Positions 13,453 through 28,057 of a stretch of DNA of 64,000 nt are shown one piece after another. Position 1 is the stretch's first letter; every line of letters starts with the position of its first letter. Source of the DNA: Eledone cirrhosa (lineage: Eukaryota); contig OZ024743.1 in the NCBI GenBank assembly GCA_964016885.1, forward strand, positions 293,880,001 through 293,944,000. The letters are read 5' to 3'. The notes under the pieces were generated by a model. The model did not search any database. It was not told the origin of the DNA and saw only the letters and a program-made list of their open reading frames with translations. A program made the translations under genes and the position numbers.

Positions 13453-13547
13453 CATTTGAGCTCAGAAGAAAATTCTCTATTCTTCTTTGAGCTAATATTA
13501 TTATTAGTACTGTGAACTGCGGAATACTCTTAATTCCGATCCTTGTA

Positions 13548-13597
<50 letters not shown>

Positions 13598-14133
13598 CCA
13601 TATAATAATTGTTAATACTTTTATTAGATTGCAATATTTGTTTTTTACTGTATGACATACAATCATTTGTCACTGATTCCAGTTATCATTTTCCCGCAGC
13701 TACACATGTCATATACCCGATCTTTCACACTAGCTATCTAAAGTGCTGCTATCTTGATATTACAATGTCATTTTTGCTTTTCAGTATGAGATTTCTATTA
13801 TTCTCGTCTTCTTTTACTTGTTTACATTCATTTGAATGTGGCCATGCTAGAGAGTTTAGTCTATGATATCGAGCGTAGTACGTATTTTTACAACTCTGGT
13901 TAATATTGTACTGACTGACGTTCGTCGAACTGTTATGCCATGTGACATATACATTAAACGTATCACCCACATATTCCGATATCTGGAAACTATGGTGTTC
14001 AATTACTCATAGCTGCCGATGGCAACTTGGTTTTAATTTTTAAGGGTCTTCACTCTATTTTATGAGGTATTTGTATAGCATTTCTGCACTTGAGCATATA
14101 TATATATATATATAATGTATGAAGCTGAATGTT

Positions 14134-14183
<50 letters not shown>

Positions 14184-14186
<3 letters not shown>

Positions 14187-14480
14187 GATATTAAACAAAT
14201 GGAAACTATATTTATAAAACCATATTTATTTCATTATACATATTTCAGGGATACCATATTAAAAATATGGCATGCCTTCTTCAGATAAAATACAATATAT
14301 AAGCAGTTTTATAAATAAATTTGACGTACCATAAATATTGATCAACTTCCATTTAAAGAAGTTGGTTTGGTAGTTTAATATTTGGTAGTTTAATATCGTA
14401 TATCTACTCCAAAACTTGTTATATCAGTTATAAAATATTTACTCGTTGTAACCCAACAATTTTAAATAAAACTTTTGCAT
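14184..14480 (+). mobile_element. Short member of the 11115-13228 element family
   Basis: Same TACGATATTAAA..ATGGAAACTATATTTATAAAACC start, a 10-bp inverted TAATATCGTA, and the same TATCAGTTATAAA..GTTGTAACCCAACAA end; inserted in (TA)n. Confidence 0.8.
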
Positions 14481-14538
14481 ATATATATATATATATTTGT
14501 GTGTGTGTGTGTGCGTGTGTGTGGTTGTGTGTGTGTGG

Positions 14539-14581
<43 letters not shown>

Positions 14582-14599
14582 TTTGCCAAACTTCATGAA

Positions 14600-14712
14600 C
14601 AAAGCCACTGGAGGTTATAGTATCACACTTGCCCAAGGTGCCATGCAGTGTGAGTGAACCAGGAACAATATGTTTATGTAAAGAAGTCCTTATGCACATA
14701 AGACAAACAACC
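14600..14712 (-). mobile_element. Degenerate tRNA-derived SINE fragment (second family)
   Basis: Minus strand has a B-box-like GGTTCACTC followed by GGCACCTTGGGCAAGTGT, next to (TG)n. Confidence 0.5.
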
Positions 14713-15254
14713 ACATAAACAAAACAAAAGAAGAACTATAACCAATACAATTGGAAACACACAATCTCTCCAAATGCAGAAAAAGTTAAAAAACTATTTT
14801 ACGACAATAAAAGCACAACTTAGACAGTTCGTGTTTTAACAACATTCCTATTAACATTTATTCATAGATGCACGGTTTGTTATACGAAATTATATCAAAC
14901 TCAACAATCCAATTCATACAAGCAAGAGAAAATTAGACATAAAATATTTTGATAAAATGTTTGATGTATATTGGCATTATGTTTACAAAGCTAAACCTTT
15001 TTTCTAGATTTCATAAACGAGAGAAAAGGATGAAAGAATGTCTCATAACTCTTCTACACACGAAGGAACAGTTGGTCAATAGTCTTGCGAATAAATATAA
15101 TATAAAAACTCTCAGAACGTGAGGGCGAGGATATGGGACGGTGTGTGGCTTTTTCAAAGCTAAGAACGGCCTCAAAGCACAAAACCAGACAGTACAGGAC
15201 ATTCTAGCCATAGAGTTATCTCTTTCCCTAAGGTTTGGCTATGGTTTGGTTTAT

Positions 15255-15846
15255 GAAAAAATGTATGACCGTGGTAACAACACTCGCCCACATATCAATA
15301 AAAGTTACGTCAACAAGGACACCTGCATATTACAGCACGAAATTGTTTGCCAGCCAGGAGTGAGATCGTCCTCGATGTCCCTGGTATTGAACCTTGTGTT
15401 TCCGTGTCACAGATAATTGTTTCTACTTTGGTACAATGCCAGCAATTACCCAGTGCATTACTGGTACTTTATTTTGTCGACTCCGTATGGATGAAAGTCA
15501 AATTTAACCTCGGTGGGATTTGAACTCAGTACGGCCCTTGCCATTCTGAGTTCAAATCCCTCCGAGATTAACTTTAACTTTCATCCTTACGGAATAAAAT
15601 AAAGTACCAGTAAAGCATTGGGGCAATTTAATCGAGTTTTCCCTCTTCTTCAAATTGCTGGCCTTGTGCCTAAATTAGAAACAATTATATGTGACACGGA
15701 AACACAAGGTTCAATACCAGGGACATCAAGGACGATCTCACTCCTGGCTGGCAAACAATTTCGTGCTACAATATGCGGGTGTCCTTGTTGACGTAACTTT
15801 TATTGCTACGTGGGCGAGTGTTGTTACTACGGTCATACATTTTTTT
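15255..15846. repeat. ~590-bp palindrome: two head-to-head SINE 3' halves plus ~155 bp of inverted unique flank
   Basis: 15255-15529 mirrors 15545-15846. Confidence 0.85.
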
Positions 15847-16024
15847 CTGAAACCAGAGTAAAAAGACATTACTAGAAATGTACTCTGTAGGAAGTCCGAG
15901 AGAAATCCATCAAACTAACCATTTATAAATAAAAAGTCATTTAAAACAGTTAGATGGACTTTGCTTCACTTCTATCATTTTTGACCTTCTACCTAAAATA
16001 ACAATAATAATTATTACTATTACA

Positions 16025-16175
16025 AAACAATAAATGTCTTGCAAGGTATTAGGATTGATAATGCCCTCCCCAAAGATGGTTTTACAGGTACCTGGTTCAA
16101 ATAATTTTCAGTTCCCTTTTTGATCATTCCCAGTACACTGATTATCACTTGTATTGTACAGGATTTAAGATGCCA

Positions 16176-16178
<3 letters not shown>
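16025..16178 (-). mobile_element. R4/Dong-like retrotransposon 3' tip
   Basis: Minus-strand translation WHLKSCTIQVIISVLGMIKKGTENYL resembles the RLE C-terminus and is followed by a TAA-like tail. Confidence 0.45.
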
Positions 16179-16220
<42 letters not shown>

Positions 16221-16227
<7 letters not shown>

Positions 16228-17168
16228 GGAAATCAGTAAAATCGAATCTCTGGCGGTTTGCAAGTAAATTCGGCCTACTTATATGAAATGATGAGTTAGC
16301 AAAGCACTCGATAAGATAGGATCTTAGAGTAATAACATACGTTTAAATAGCTTGACAAATCGAACATTGTGGTAGGCGAAACCAACACACAATATATACC
16401 AAAGTAACGATAGAGCTAATCAGGTTGAGAAAAGTACACCTGGACAAATCAAACGAACAATCGTTTAAAGTGTTTCTTTGAATCCGAAATCAAATATCAG
16501 ACTTACGTGAATGGCAAGCTCATGGTATGGTGATCGAACGGAGGATTCAGTTTATCAACAGGTTTATCGTTCTGCCTAGGACCGGAGTGATAAATTATAT
16601 GTTGCTGTTACATGCTGCTTATCGTATCTATAGCTATCACGTGTTAATTCCGGCAAGGGAAATAACCCCCGGTTTTAGGCGGGTCATTCAAAATGTTAGC
16701 GAAAGGAAATATTTTAATTTCCGCTAATCATCATGATAAGCTCTCAACTAGATGTTATAAGACAAACACAAATAATTAACCAATCAACAGAATTGTCTAA
16801 TTAAATTAATTAGTTAATTATTAAATCTAGGAGAATAATATAATTGGAAATCAGTAAAATCGAATCTCTGGCGGTTTGCAAGTAAATTCGGCCTACTTAT
16901 ATGAAATGATGAGTTAGCAAAGCACTCGATAAGACCTTAGAGTAATAACATACGTTTAATTAGCTTGACAAATCGAACATTTTGGTAGGCGAAACCAACA
17001 CACAATATATACAAAAGTAACGATAGAACTAATCAGGTTGAGAAAAGTAAACCTGGACAAATCAAACGAACAATCGTTTAAAGTGTTTCTTTGAATCCGT
17101 AATCAAATATCAAACTTACGTGAATGGCAAGCTCATGGTTTGGTGATCGAACGGAGGATTCAGTTTAT
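16221..17168. mobile_element. LTR-like or partial tandem structure: ~330-bp direct repeats (16221-16555 and 16839-17168) around a ~283-bp unique core
   Basis: Near-identical repeats with (TA)n on both sides; no TG..CA ends and no ORF. Confidence 0.75.
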
Positions 17169-17226
17169 ATATATATATATATACTGCATTTTCAGTTACC
17201 TTAAATAGTAACTACACAGCCATTAC

Positions 17227-17656
<430 letters not shown>

Positions 17657-18157
17657 CTCAGTGTACGCGCATATGTGTCGGTTTACCTCCTGCTATTTCT
17701 TTTTTCTTTTTCTCTCTTTACACACACACACATACACACATATACACACATATATACATATATTATTGGAAAATGAAAAGAATGACTTATCTGATGGTTG
17801 TTATTTTTTAATGACGAATCTTGTAGTTCTAACTCTAGAGATCAGTGGTTTTGATCGAATTTCTCACGTTACATCGATCTTTACTCAAGTCCTTAGCTCT
17901 TTTGTCTGGGGATGCCAAAACTTGTTATATGCCATACATCATATGCCAAAACTATATTAACAGTAAGACCAAGGAGCTGAGGACAAGTTTAAAGATCGCT
18001 GTAATGCAAGAAGCTTGATCAAAATTCCTGATTACTAGATTTACAAGAACTACACGTTATGCAACATTTGAACAACCACAAGAAAAATCAATTTTATCAT
18101 TATCACATAATATTTTTATTCTATCTAGCATATTCTCCAACTTTCACCCTATCTCTC

Positions 18158-18344
<187 letters not shown>

Positions 18345-18581
18345 ATATACATGCATATGAAGATGATGATGATGGCTGCTATTCGATTTCCAGTAATGCC
18401 ATCGCTTAATAGTTAAACATGAGCATCATTGACATGGCTTTTTAGTCCTGCTAAGGACTTGCCTATGGCCAGCAATGCCATGCATCGCAAACAATGTAAA
18501 ATATCATGCGATGCCTATGCTTGAAGTATATTTTAAGTATATATGTATAATATGCATGATTGTATGTATGTAATTACTTAG

Positions 18582-18725
18582 TATTACTGGTGAGATCGAT
18601 GGGGAAAGTTATCCTCAAACAATAGACTTGACTCAAATTATTAGAACAAAACTGAGTCGGCTAAAAGCAACCAAAGGCCAGCTGGAGGCATTAAAACTTG
18701 TGATGGATCACATCTACTCAACAAC
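18582..18725 (+). CDS. Possible host-gene internal exon (ITGEIDGESYPQTIDLTQIIRTKLSRLKATKGQLEALKLVMDHIYSTT)
   Basis: 144-bp open frame bounded by TTAG| and |GTAAAT, with non-repetitive composition; no recognised homology. Confidence 0.3.
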
Positions 18726-18999
18726 GTAAATATATTATACAACGAGGGAGCCACGATGTAAATTTTGATTAACCATAAAGTTTCTATATATTATAGAAAT
18801 GTTAAATAGAAACTACGACATTGTTGTCTTTAGACGAGGGCTTTTAGCTCATACATTTTCACAAATGTATTTTGAGCAAGGATTTGAAACAAGGGTAGCA
18901 GTTCTTTTGACGGTACAGTTTATCGTCTGGTCTGCTTGTATTTTATGTGTCAAACAAACAAGTAACAGAATTGTTTTTAATTCAATTCTTTTATCATAG

Positions 19000-19044
19000 T
19001 AGAACATATCTATTACCATCTATCGAATATGTAGATCCCCTCAG
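19000..19044 (+). CDS. Possible 45-bp micro-exon (RTYLLPSIEYVDPL)
   Basis: Pyrimidine tract TTCTTTTATCATAG| and donor CAG|GTAAAA. Confidence 0.25.
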
Positions 19045-19154
19045 GTAAAAACTGTCCAGACTGTCTCTATAACCTAACCAGATTTACGATACAAAACTAA
19101 TATGTGTATGTATATATATATATATGTATATATATATATGTGTATATATATATG

Positions 19155-19229
<75 letters not shown>

Positions 19230-19267
19230 GCATATATATATACACACACACACACATATATATATAT

Positions 19268-19314
<47 letters not shown>

Positions 19315-19422
19315 TTTACATATGTTACATCTATTTCTTTCGCTCCACTATCTCGTTTTATGTATATATTTACCTATATAGACGAACACACATAAATGTA
19401 TTCATGGATACATACATATAAA

Positions 19423-19572
<150 letters not shown>

Positions 19573-19976
19573 CATTACAATTAAATATCATAGATACGAG
19601 ATATAATAGAAAAGTCTTAATCAAACAACAACAATATATTCTTCTATTTCCTGATGACGGAGTGCTACAGAGCGTGACTGATGAATTGGACAGTAAACAG
19701 AAAATATGATGTGATGCTTACACCATATCTCCCAGTGGATAACTGTTTTACAATACGAGGCACTGGTGCAGACAGATATGAGTGAAAGACCAAGGGATAA
19801 TAGTAAGAGATAGATATATAGATAGTGAAAGAGTGTCTGTGTGTGTGTATAAGAGAGTATGTAACGGAAAAGAGAGAGTGAGTAAGAAAAGACAACGAAA
19901 ATGAATATATTGGAAAGAGAAGAATAAGAGAGATGAATGGGAAGTGCATTTATGAATAACAGTATAGGCAGAATGG

Positions 19977-20059
<83 letters not shown>

Positions 20060-20201
20060 GTATGTATATATATATATATGTGTATATATATATGTTATGT
20101 TTATTGCTCTGGTCTTTTAGCCCAGGGAGCGCTTGCCAGCATGACTCGGCATTTGCGTTACGTTTCGCTTTTTCTACCCGCCGAAATGCGATTCTCGCTG
20201 A

Positions 20202-20234
<33 letters not shown>

Positions 20235-20237
<3 letters not shown>

Positions 20238-20290
20238 TCTTTTACCTGTTTCAGCCATCCGGCTGAGGCCATGCTGGGGCACCGCCCTTT
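20235..20290 (-). mobile_element. SINE 3' tail fragment (third family)
   Basis: Minus strand GGCGGTGCCCCAGCATGGCC...GCTGAAACAGGTAAAAGAGTA. Confidence 0.45.
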
Positions 20291-20296
20291 CATATA

Positions 20297-20552
20297 TACG
20301 ATATATTAACAAATGGAAACTATATTTATAAAACCATATTTATTTCATTACACATATTTCAAGGACACCAAGTCAAATTATGGTGCGCTTTCATCAGATA
20401 AAATATAATATAGATCAGTTTTATAAATAAATATTGACATACCCTTAAAGAATGCGACCATTTCTGTTGGAAGCTCCCGGATAGGGAGTGCTTTATATCA
20501 GTTATAAAAATATTTGCTTGTTGTATCCCAACAATTTAAATATAACTTCTAC
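20297..20552 (+). mobile_element. Third member of the 11115-13228 element family
   Basis: Same 5' TACGATAT..AAATGGAAACTATATTTATAAAACC and 3' TATCAGTTATAAA..TTGTTGTATCCCAACAATTTAAATATAACTT termini, ending in (TA)n. Confidence 0.75.
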
Positions 20553-20638
<86 letters not shown>

Positions 20639-21154
20639 ATAATATATATCATATATATATATATATATGTATAATATATATCATATATATACATGTATGA
20701 TATATATTATGTATATATACAAGTATAACGTATATTATATATATAAATGTATATTATATATTATATATATAATATATACCATATATATACATGTATAATA
20801 TATATTATAGAAATTACTTCTACAGGACTGGAACTGTTTCATTCGGAAAAAATCCTTAGGAATGTACTTTCTTCCAGGTGTCTATATTAAGTTTGATGAT
20901 TCTTTTCAGGTACTGTGCTAATCAAGGCCCTTGTGTGGAAGGTGGTGGGGTGAATATACCAATTCTCTACTAAGATATTGACTACTGTTTTGACATGTCT
21001 GTGTATATGTGTATGTGTGTATGAATGTATGTATCTATATGTACATATATTATATATGTCTATATATATCCATATATATATACCTATCTATGCGTATATG
21101 TATGTATACATATATATTTCTCTTTCAATTTCTCTCACTCTCACTCCCTCTCTC

Positions 21155-21253
<99 letters not shown>

Positions 21254-21479
21254 GTATATATATATATAGTTGAAAATTGCAAAATTAACTGTCACCACAG
21301 AATATGAACCTGAAGATTGCGAAAGCATGAAAGAACTTGTTCAATTAACACTTAACATTTAATATTCTACCATACGATTTCATTCTAATACCATTATCAA
21401 TTTTAAACGATTGTAAATAAAACGAGTAACTCAGACAAAGTTGGAATTCCTTCTATACACAATCATACACACCCGTGTA

Positions 21480-21600
<121 letters not shown>

Positions 21601-23573
21601 AACACACAAGTATATGTCGATTTATATACACGTATCTATACACACAGACACATATATACACATATTTATATATGTATATATATATATCCTTTCCTATATA
21701 TTCTACCTTGGTCTAGCTGGGTCAACTGAAAGAAAAAACGAATACTAGCAGCAGTTGATGGTTAACTTTGCAACGGCTTTGTTTTCCATACAGAGGTGAA
21801 TGTTGTACACTTAGTCACTTACCTTCTGCTGAAAGTAGGATAACCATTGGCATGGTGAGTCACTAGGCTTCAGGCAAATTTCAAAACATATCCCATAATA
21901 TCAGCCTCGAATTTTGATTGCTTTTATTCTTATGGTACATTATTTCCACCCCGCAACAAATGTAAATGCATCGCTTTTATTAAGTTTAAATAAAAAATAA
22001 AATAAATAAAATAAAATAACTAGGCTCTCTTCATGTCTCTTGAACGTGTATCTCCTGGCAACCCTCTCGAGATAAAAAAAAAATGATACAAATATGAAAC
22101 CCTGGTGTGTCTCCTGCAACGTTTATTCAGATTATTGCCGATATTGCAGATAGTATTTGGCCTGAAATATAAATAAGAACTATAGAGTTTTAAGTGTCTG
22201 ATTTGTTTTGTATTTGTTTTATATCCCTTGACATGTCCTCGTAATTTACTCCCACATTAAATATATTCTTAGGGCTAAAGGTTCATCTCGCCAGAGCCAA
22301 ACCTAGTTTCATATAGCACCAAGCGACAGAAGACACACAACTTACCCACTGAGAAACAAAATTACCTCCCTTGCTGCTATTGGTGCCAATCCCCTAGCTA
22401 CGTTGACTGGAGTATCATTAAACGGTATAGTGATCGAATACATCAGCTTTCGAGAGTGATATTACCTCGCAACCCAGCAGGACACGTGCCTTCTCTTTAG
22501 CTGACGCTTCTCAATCACTCTGTTTTGCGTGTGTTTCGTGAACACAAACGAAATAAAAGGCACCGTTTTCTGTAAAATTACATTGCCTCATTTTTCAAAC
22601 ATAAAGAAATGTGTAGGGTGAACAGGTCATGTTTTAATAATAAATCACTTCTCTATTTTACTGTCGTAATGTATATTAAAATAACTTTTATTACTAAAGA
22701 ATCGCACCTAATTAACAACCAGTCTCCACTCTGCTATGTAAACAGAGAAAAACAGTTTTAACTGTTGTTGTTGCTGTTTAGCCAAACGTCATTCACAATC
22801 GCAAAGAACTATGATCAAGAGCGTTCTCGCTATGAACACGCTACCTCATATTTTTTAGACAATGTATTTTAAACTGCTTATCACCATTCATGTGATTTGA
22901 TAAAGACTTTACTCTTATGCCGAGAAGGTCAAGCGAATGCATAGAAGCTTTCTTGTTTGTTCGAGTAGAAGTAGTATTATTTATAATAATAGATGTAATT
23001 ATTGTAGTATTACAACCAATAAAACTAGTACAAATATTTGTTGTCTCACCAGATATCAGCCATATCTGAACGTACAACAGGTTAATATCATTCCAGCCAG
23101 GGCCAAGTCATCTTTCGCTCAAGCATTACATAGAAATGATTGCATATTCATTGCGTTTCGATTTCTTGCCTGAGAGTTCACTCCTCTAATATTTACTAAG
23201 GATCAGACTGTATTATAAACCGAGTGGCGTATTAAGTCTACTATCCAAGTATGCCACAATGAGACTTTTACTCAGATCGGCGGAGTCAGAATAAATAGCG
23301 TAATTTTACCAATCCACGGCCCTTGGTCTGTACATGATCTTATCCACCCTAAAATTTGAAACGCAAAGTCGACTTCAGTGTTATTCCAATTCAGATTGAA
23401 TAGATACGGATCAAAAAATCGCAAACGACTCTGGTAATTTGCTGCGTTAATAATTTATGAAGTAGTAACAAGAATACATGAATATTGATCTCTAATTCAA
23501 TATTGATTTTTAATTCTCTAATTGTTCAAGCTGATTGTCTACTTGTGTACATTAGTAAATATTATTAATATAT

Positions 23574-23605
<32 letters not shown>

Positions 23606-23610
23606 TATTA

Positions 23611-23764
<154 letters not shown>

Positions 23765-23884
23765 GATAAAGAACTACTTACATACTTGTATACAAGAATG
23801 CAAGCAGAAACAGAGAAATCTAGAGATAGAGATTGATACATATTCAAAAGTATACACACAGACAGAACAAAAGTAAATTCAATT

Positions 23885-24090
23885 GAGGCACACGGCCACC
23901 AAATTTTGGGAAGAGTAAAGTTGATTAAATTAACCCCAGTAATTGATTGTACTATATTTTACCGAACTCGTCAAGATGAAAGGTAAAGTTGGCCTTCGCT
24001 GAATTTGAATTTAAAATGTAAACAGCCAGAACAAATACCACAAAGACTTTCTATCCGTCACTCTACAAATTCTGGCAATATACCACCCTA
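23885..24090 (-). mobile_element. Degenerate copy of the main tRNA-SINE
   Basis: GATGAAAGGTAAAGTTGGCCTTCGCTGAATTTGAA and ACCCCAGT..TACTATATTT motifs. Confidence 0.6.
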
Positions 24091-24871
24091 GAATGATCAA
24101 TGTTGCAAATGTTTGAATCGTCTTTGTACTATTTCTAAGAGCATCGAACGACGCGAGGTGGGTGAAAGAGAACTAGGTTGTCAATCTAAAGTGTTCTGCA
24201 TTCTTTATCTGTAAGTAACAAAAGCAATGTACAATTGTTGAGTGCTTCCCAAACCTGATATTAAGGCGGTAAATCGGCAGACGTGTTTGTGTGGCGGATT
24301 ATATGCCTTGCAGTATTTTTCCGGCCCTTAAAGTTCTGACTATAAATCCCGAGAGGGCAACCATGCCTTTTATTTTTCTCGGTTCGATTATTAATGCATC
24401 AATACCAATCCAGAGCGGTAGGTTAGGAGAATTCTTAGAGTGTCAGACAGGTTGGCTTGTGATAGCTATTCTGATTCTTTAAGTTCTGCAATTAAATCTC
24501 GCCTTCTGTCACCCGGAAAATGGTGGCATAATAGGATTTAGGTCCCAATCGTTAAAACATCAACATAACCTCCTTTAAGATACAGCCTCATAGATGGATG
24601 GCTAAACCCACGCAGGTGTGAACCGTAACGAAAACAAACAAACAAAATATAAATAAATATAAAAAAAGCCTGCTACGCTAAATTCAGTTATTGTGAAATA
24701 GGATAACGATTTAAATGTTCTTAGCAATTAACTTCATTTTTATAACTTTATGTATATTTTACAACATATTTCCATCTACCTCATTCAATATCCTCCATCT
24801 GCTTGGCTTCCGGTGACCTATTTCTTTCTAATTCTTCGCCCCCCTCCCCTTAACTCTCTCTCTCTCTCTCT

Positions 24872-24930
<59 letters not shown>

Positions 24931-25002
24931 GTATATATATATGTGTGTGTATATATATATATGCAATGTGTGTGTGTATATACACGCACTCTCTCCACAT
25001 AT

Positions 25003-25162
25003 ATAATTGTTTCTACTTTTGGCACAAGGCCAGCAATTACCCACTGAATTACTGGTACTTTATTTTATCGACCCCGTAAGGAAGAAAGGCAAAGTTAACT
25101 TCGGCTGGATTTGAACCCAGAACGTAAAGGGCCACAACTCTATGCTGTAAAGCTTGGCGTTT
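25003..25162 (-). mobile_element. Main tRNA-SINE (young subfamily)
   Basis: Reverse complement of ..GTTCAAATCC..AACTTTGCCTTTC..GGGGTCGATAAAATAAAGTACCAG..GGCCTTGTGCCAAAAGTAGAAACAATTAT. Confidence 0.85.
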
Positions 25163-25885
25163 GACGCTCTACCGATACTGATATATATAAAGTGTGTGTG
25201 TATAGAGTCACACTCATATATCAGCATACACATACACTCATGCACACTATCACACATGCACACAAGTGGATTCATGAACACAAACCTACTCAATACGTTG
25301 TATAGGGTAATTATATCTATTAAAGTAAGTTGATAAATATGGATACTTGTGTATGTGTGTATGTGGCGAAGCACTTTTCTTTTGAATATGTCATATTGAA
25401 AACATATGTACACCTAAGCTTTATCGTTACTTTATTAGTTTTGTATAAACTTCCTAGACTCTTCTACGTTTCTAATCTTCTGAATGGAGGGGTTGCTAGC
25501 GATATAGTTATTATTGTTGCTTTCATTTTGTTGTTGTTTAGTCCACCCCAGCCTTGATTGAGCACACTTACGATAAAAGAAGGTTCAGTTGTGATCATTC
25601 TTTCATTTTGTATATCAATGTAACCTTCTCTTATTTTAAAGGCTTTTGTGTGTAATACAAAGGATATTTGGGAATTGTTTATGGTGAATGCAAATGGCGT
25701 TGTTACTATATGGATGGATTTGTAATGTTCACCTTTATTTGCCTGTAAATCTTGTTCTAGGCATGAAAAAGACAGGATAATCACAGCTTGAATGCTTTCA
25801 ATATTCACACATGTTAAATAAGGTAGATAAGAGTGCGGTTGTCGTTATTATTTCTCATCATTTCTCATATTTATATGAAGGTAGA

Positions 25886-26102
25886 GGGCGGTGGAATGGC
25901 AATATCGGTACAGCGTCGGACAACATGCTTTGCTGGATAAAGTTACAGCCCTTTACTTTCTGAGGTCAAATCCCGCCGATGTTAGCTTAGCTATTCACCC
26001 TTACGGGTCGATAACATAAAGAAACAATAACGCACTGAGGTCGGTTTAATCGACTTTCCCTTTCCCCCAAATTGTTGGCCTTGTGCTTAAATCATAAATC
26101 AT
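25886..26102 (+). mobile_element. Main tRNA-SINE (older variant)
   Basis: A box TGGCAATATCGG, B box GAGGTCAAATCC, central GGGTCGATAA domain and GGCCTTGTGC tail. Confidence 0.8.
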
Positions 26103-26113
26103 ATTGATATGAA

Positions 26114-26400
26114 TGTGTGGCCGAGTGGTTAGAGACCGTAACATTGTAAATTCGATTCCCGTTCATGCGTTGTGTCCATGAGCAAGACACTTTATTTCAA
26201 GTTGATCCTCTCAATTCAGCTGCAAAAAAGTAGTTGTACTACCAATTTAAAACGCCAGTTTTATCACACTGTTTCATGTTGAATTCCCTTCTTTACTACG
26301 TTAAGGGTGTGGAAGGCTCATGCATTTGCGCGTTAAATTCACGGGCAGAATGTTCTGTTGTTAACATCAGCGGTACGACGCATCGTTGGAACCGACGGTA
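26114..26400 (+). mobile_element. tRNA-derived SINE of a different (CORE-like) family
   Basis: GTGGCCGAGTGGTTAG A box, TTCGATTCCC B box and TTGTGTCCATGAGCAAGACACTT core. Confidence 0.6.
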
Positions 26401-26924
26401 ATCTCTACTCCCCGCATACATGCTGATATTTTTATTGTTGTATTTGAGCACCAACTCGTCTCTGATCAAGGAGACCTATGAAAAAGGGCATTTCAACAAC
26501 GGTCATTTCCGTCCCAGCTTTTAAGTGGGTATTTTATAGAACTATATAATTTGACGTACTCCCTTTCCTTCCCCTATTCATTAATAGTCACTATTGTGTT
26601 ATTTGATTTCATGATGATTCAGCTGATACCTTTAGCAGGTTAGACTATGCAGAAGCTTCTTCATCGGCCTATTGTACTTGGATTTGTTTTCCTGGAGAAA
26701 TGCCAGCGAGATCACAACGATATGATATGCTTGATATTGCTAGCATGTTTCAGTGTAAAGTCCCACAACAAAATTGGGTGAACAAAAGTAAATTACCAAA
26801 CAAAAGTTGTGTCGAGGTCTCGCCGTTGGCGCCTTTAACAGTGGCGTTGCGATTGATGATGTTGCAAATGATGACATCCAACACCAAAATTAGTTTACTG
26901 CAGATAAAACATTATCTCCACATA

Positions 26925-27869
26925 GCGGTGAATTGGCAGTATCGGTAGAGGGTCGGATGCCATGTTAGGGCGGTGAATTGGCAGTATCGGTAGAGGGTCG
27001 GATGCCATGTTAGGGCAGTGAATTGGCAGTATCGGTAGAGGGTCGGACGCCATGTTAGGGCGGTGAATTGGCAGTATCGGCAGAGAGTCGGATGCCATGT
27101 TAGGGCGGTGAATTGGCAGTATCGGTAGAGGGTCGGACGCCATGTTAGGGTGGTGAATTGGCAGTATCGGTAGAGGGTCGGACGCCATGTTAGGGCGGTG
27201 AATTGGCAGTATCGGTAGAGGGTCGGACGCCATGTTAGGGCGGTGAATTGGCAGTATCGGTAGAGGGTCGGACACCATGTTAGGGCGGTGAATTGGCAGG
27301 ATCGGTAGAGGGTCGGACGCCATGTTAGGGCGGTGAATTGGCAGTATCGGTAGAGGGTCGGACGCCATGTTAGGGCGGTGAATTGGCAGTATCGGTAGAG
27401 GATCGGACGCCATGTTAGGGCGGTGAATTGGCAGTATCGGTAGAGGGTCGGACGCCATGTTAGGGCGGTGAATTGGCAGTATCGGTAGAGGGTCGGACGC
27501 CATGTTAGGGCGGTGAATTGGTAGTATCGGTAGAGGGTCGGACGCCATGTTAGGGCGGTGAATTGGCAGTATCGGTAGAGGGTCGGACGCCATGTTAGGG
27601 CGGTGAATTGGTAGTATCGGTAGAGGGTCGGGCACCATGTTAGGGCTGTGAATTGGCAGGATTGGTAGAGGGTCGGACGCCATTTTAGGGCGGTGAATTG
27701 GCAGTATCGGTAGAGGGTCGGACGCCATGTTAGGGCGGTGAATTGGCAGTATCGGTAGAGGGTCGGACGCCATGTTAGGGCGGTGAATTGGCAGTATCGG
27801 TAGAGGGTGGGACGGCATGTCAGGGCGGTGAATTGGCAGTATCAGTAGAGGGTCGGACGCCATGTTAGA
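26925..27869 (+). repeat. Minisatellite of 21 x 45-bp units derived from the SINE 5' head
   Basis: Unit GCGGTGAATTGGCAGTATCGGTAGAGGGTCGGACGCCATGTTAGG with an exact 45-bp period. Confidence 0.95.
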
Positions 27870-28057
27870 GCGGTGAATTGCCAGTATCGGTAGAGGGTCG
27901 GATGCCATGCTTTGACGCATAGTTACGGCCCTTGCCATTCTGAGTTCAAATCCCGCCGAGGTTAACTTTGCCTTTCATCGTTACGGGGGTCGATAAAATA
28001 AAATACCAGTAATACACTGAGTAATTGCTGGCCTTGTGCCCAAAGTAGAAACAATTA
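27870..28057 (+). mobile_element. Full main tRNA-SINE ending the minisatellite; TSD ATTATCTCCACATAGC at 26911-26926 and 28054-28069
   Basis: A box, B box GAGTTCAAATCC, central domain and GGCCTTGTGCC tail. Confidence 0.9.

Noticed and set aside
26925-27869. TTAGGG in nearly every repeat unit (telomere-like)
   Set aside because: A single hexamer created by the unit junction, not a tandem telomeric repeat
26895-27938. 347-aa repetitive ORF (PNMASDPLPILPIHR)n and CRISPR-like appearance
   Set aside because: It is the antisense translation of a 45-bp SINE-head minisatellite; there are no unique spacers or cas genes
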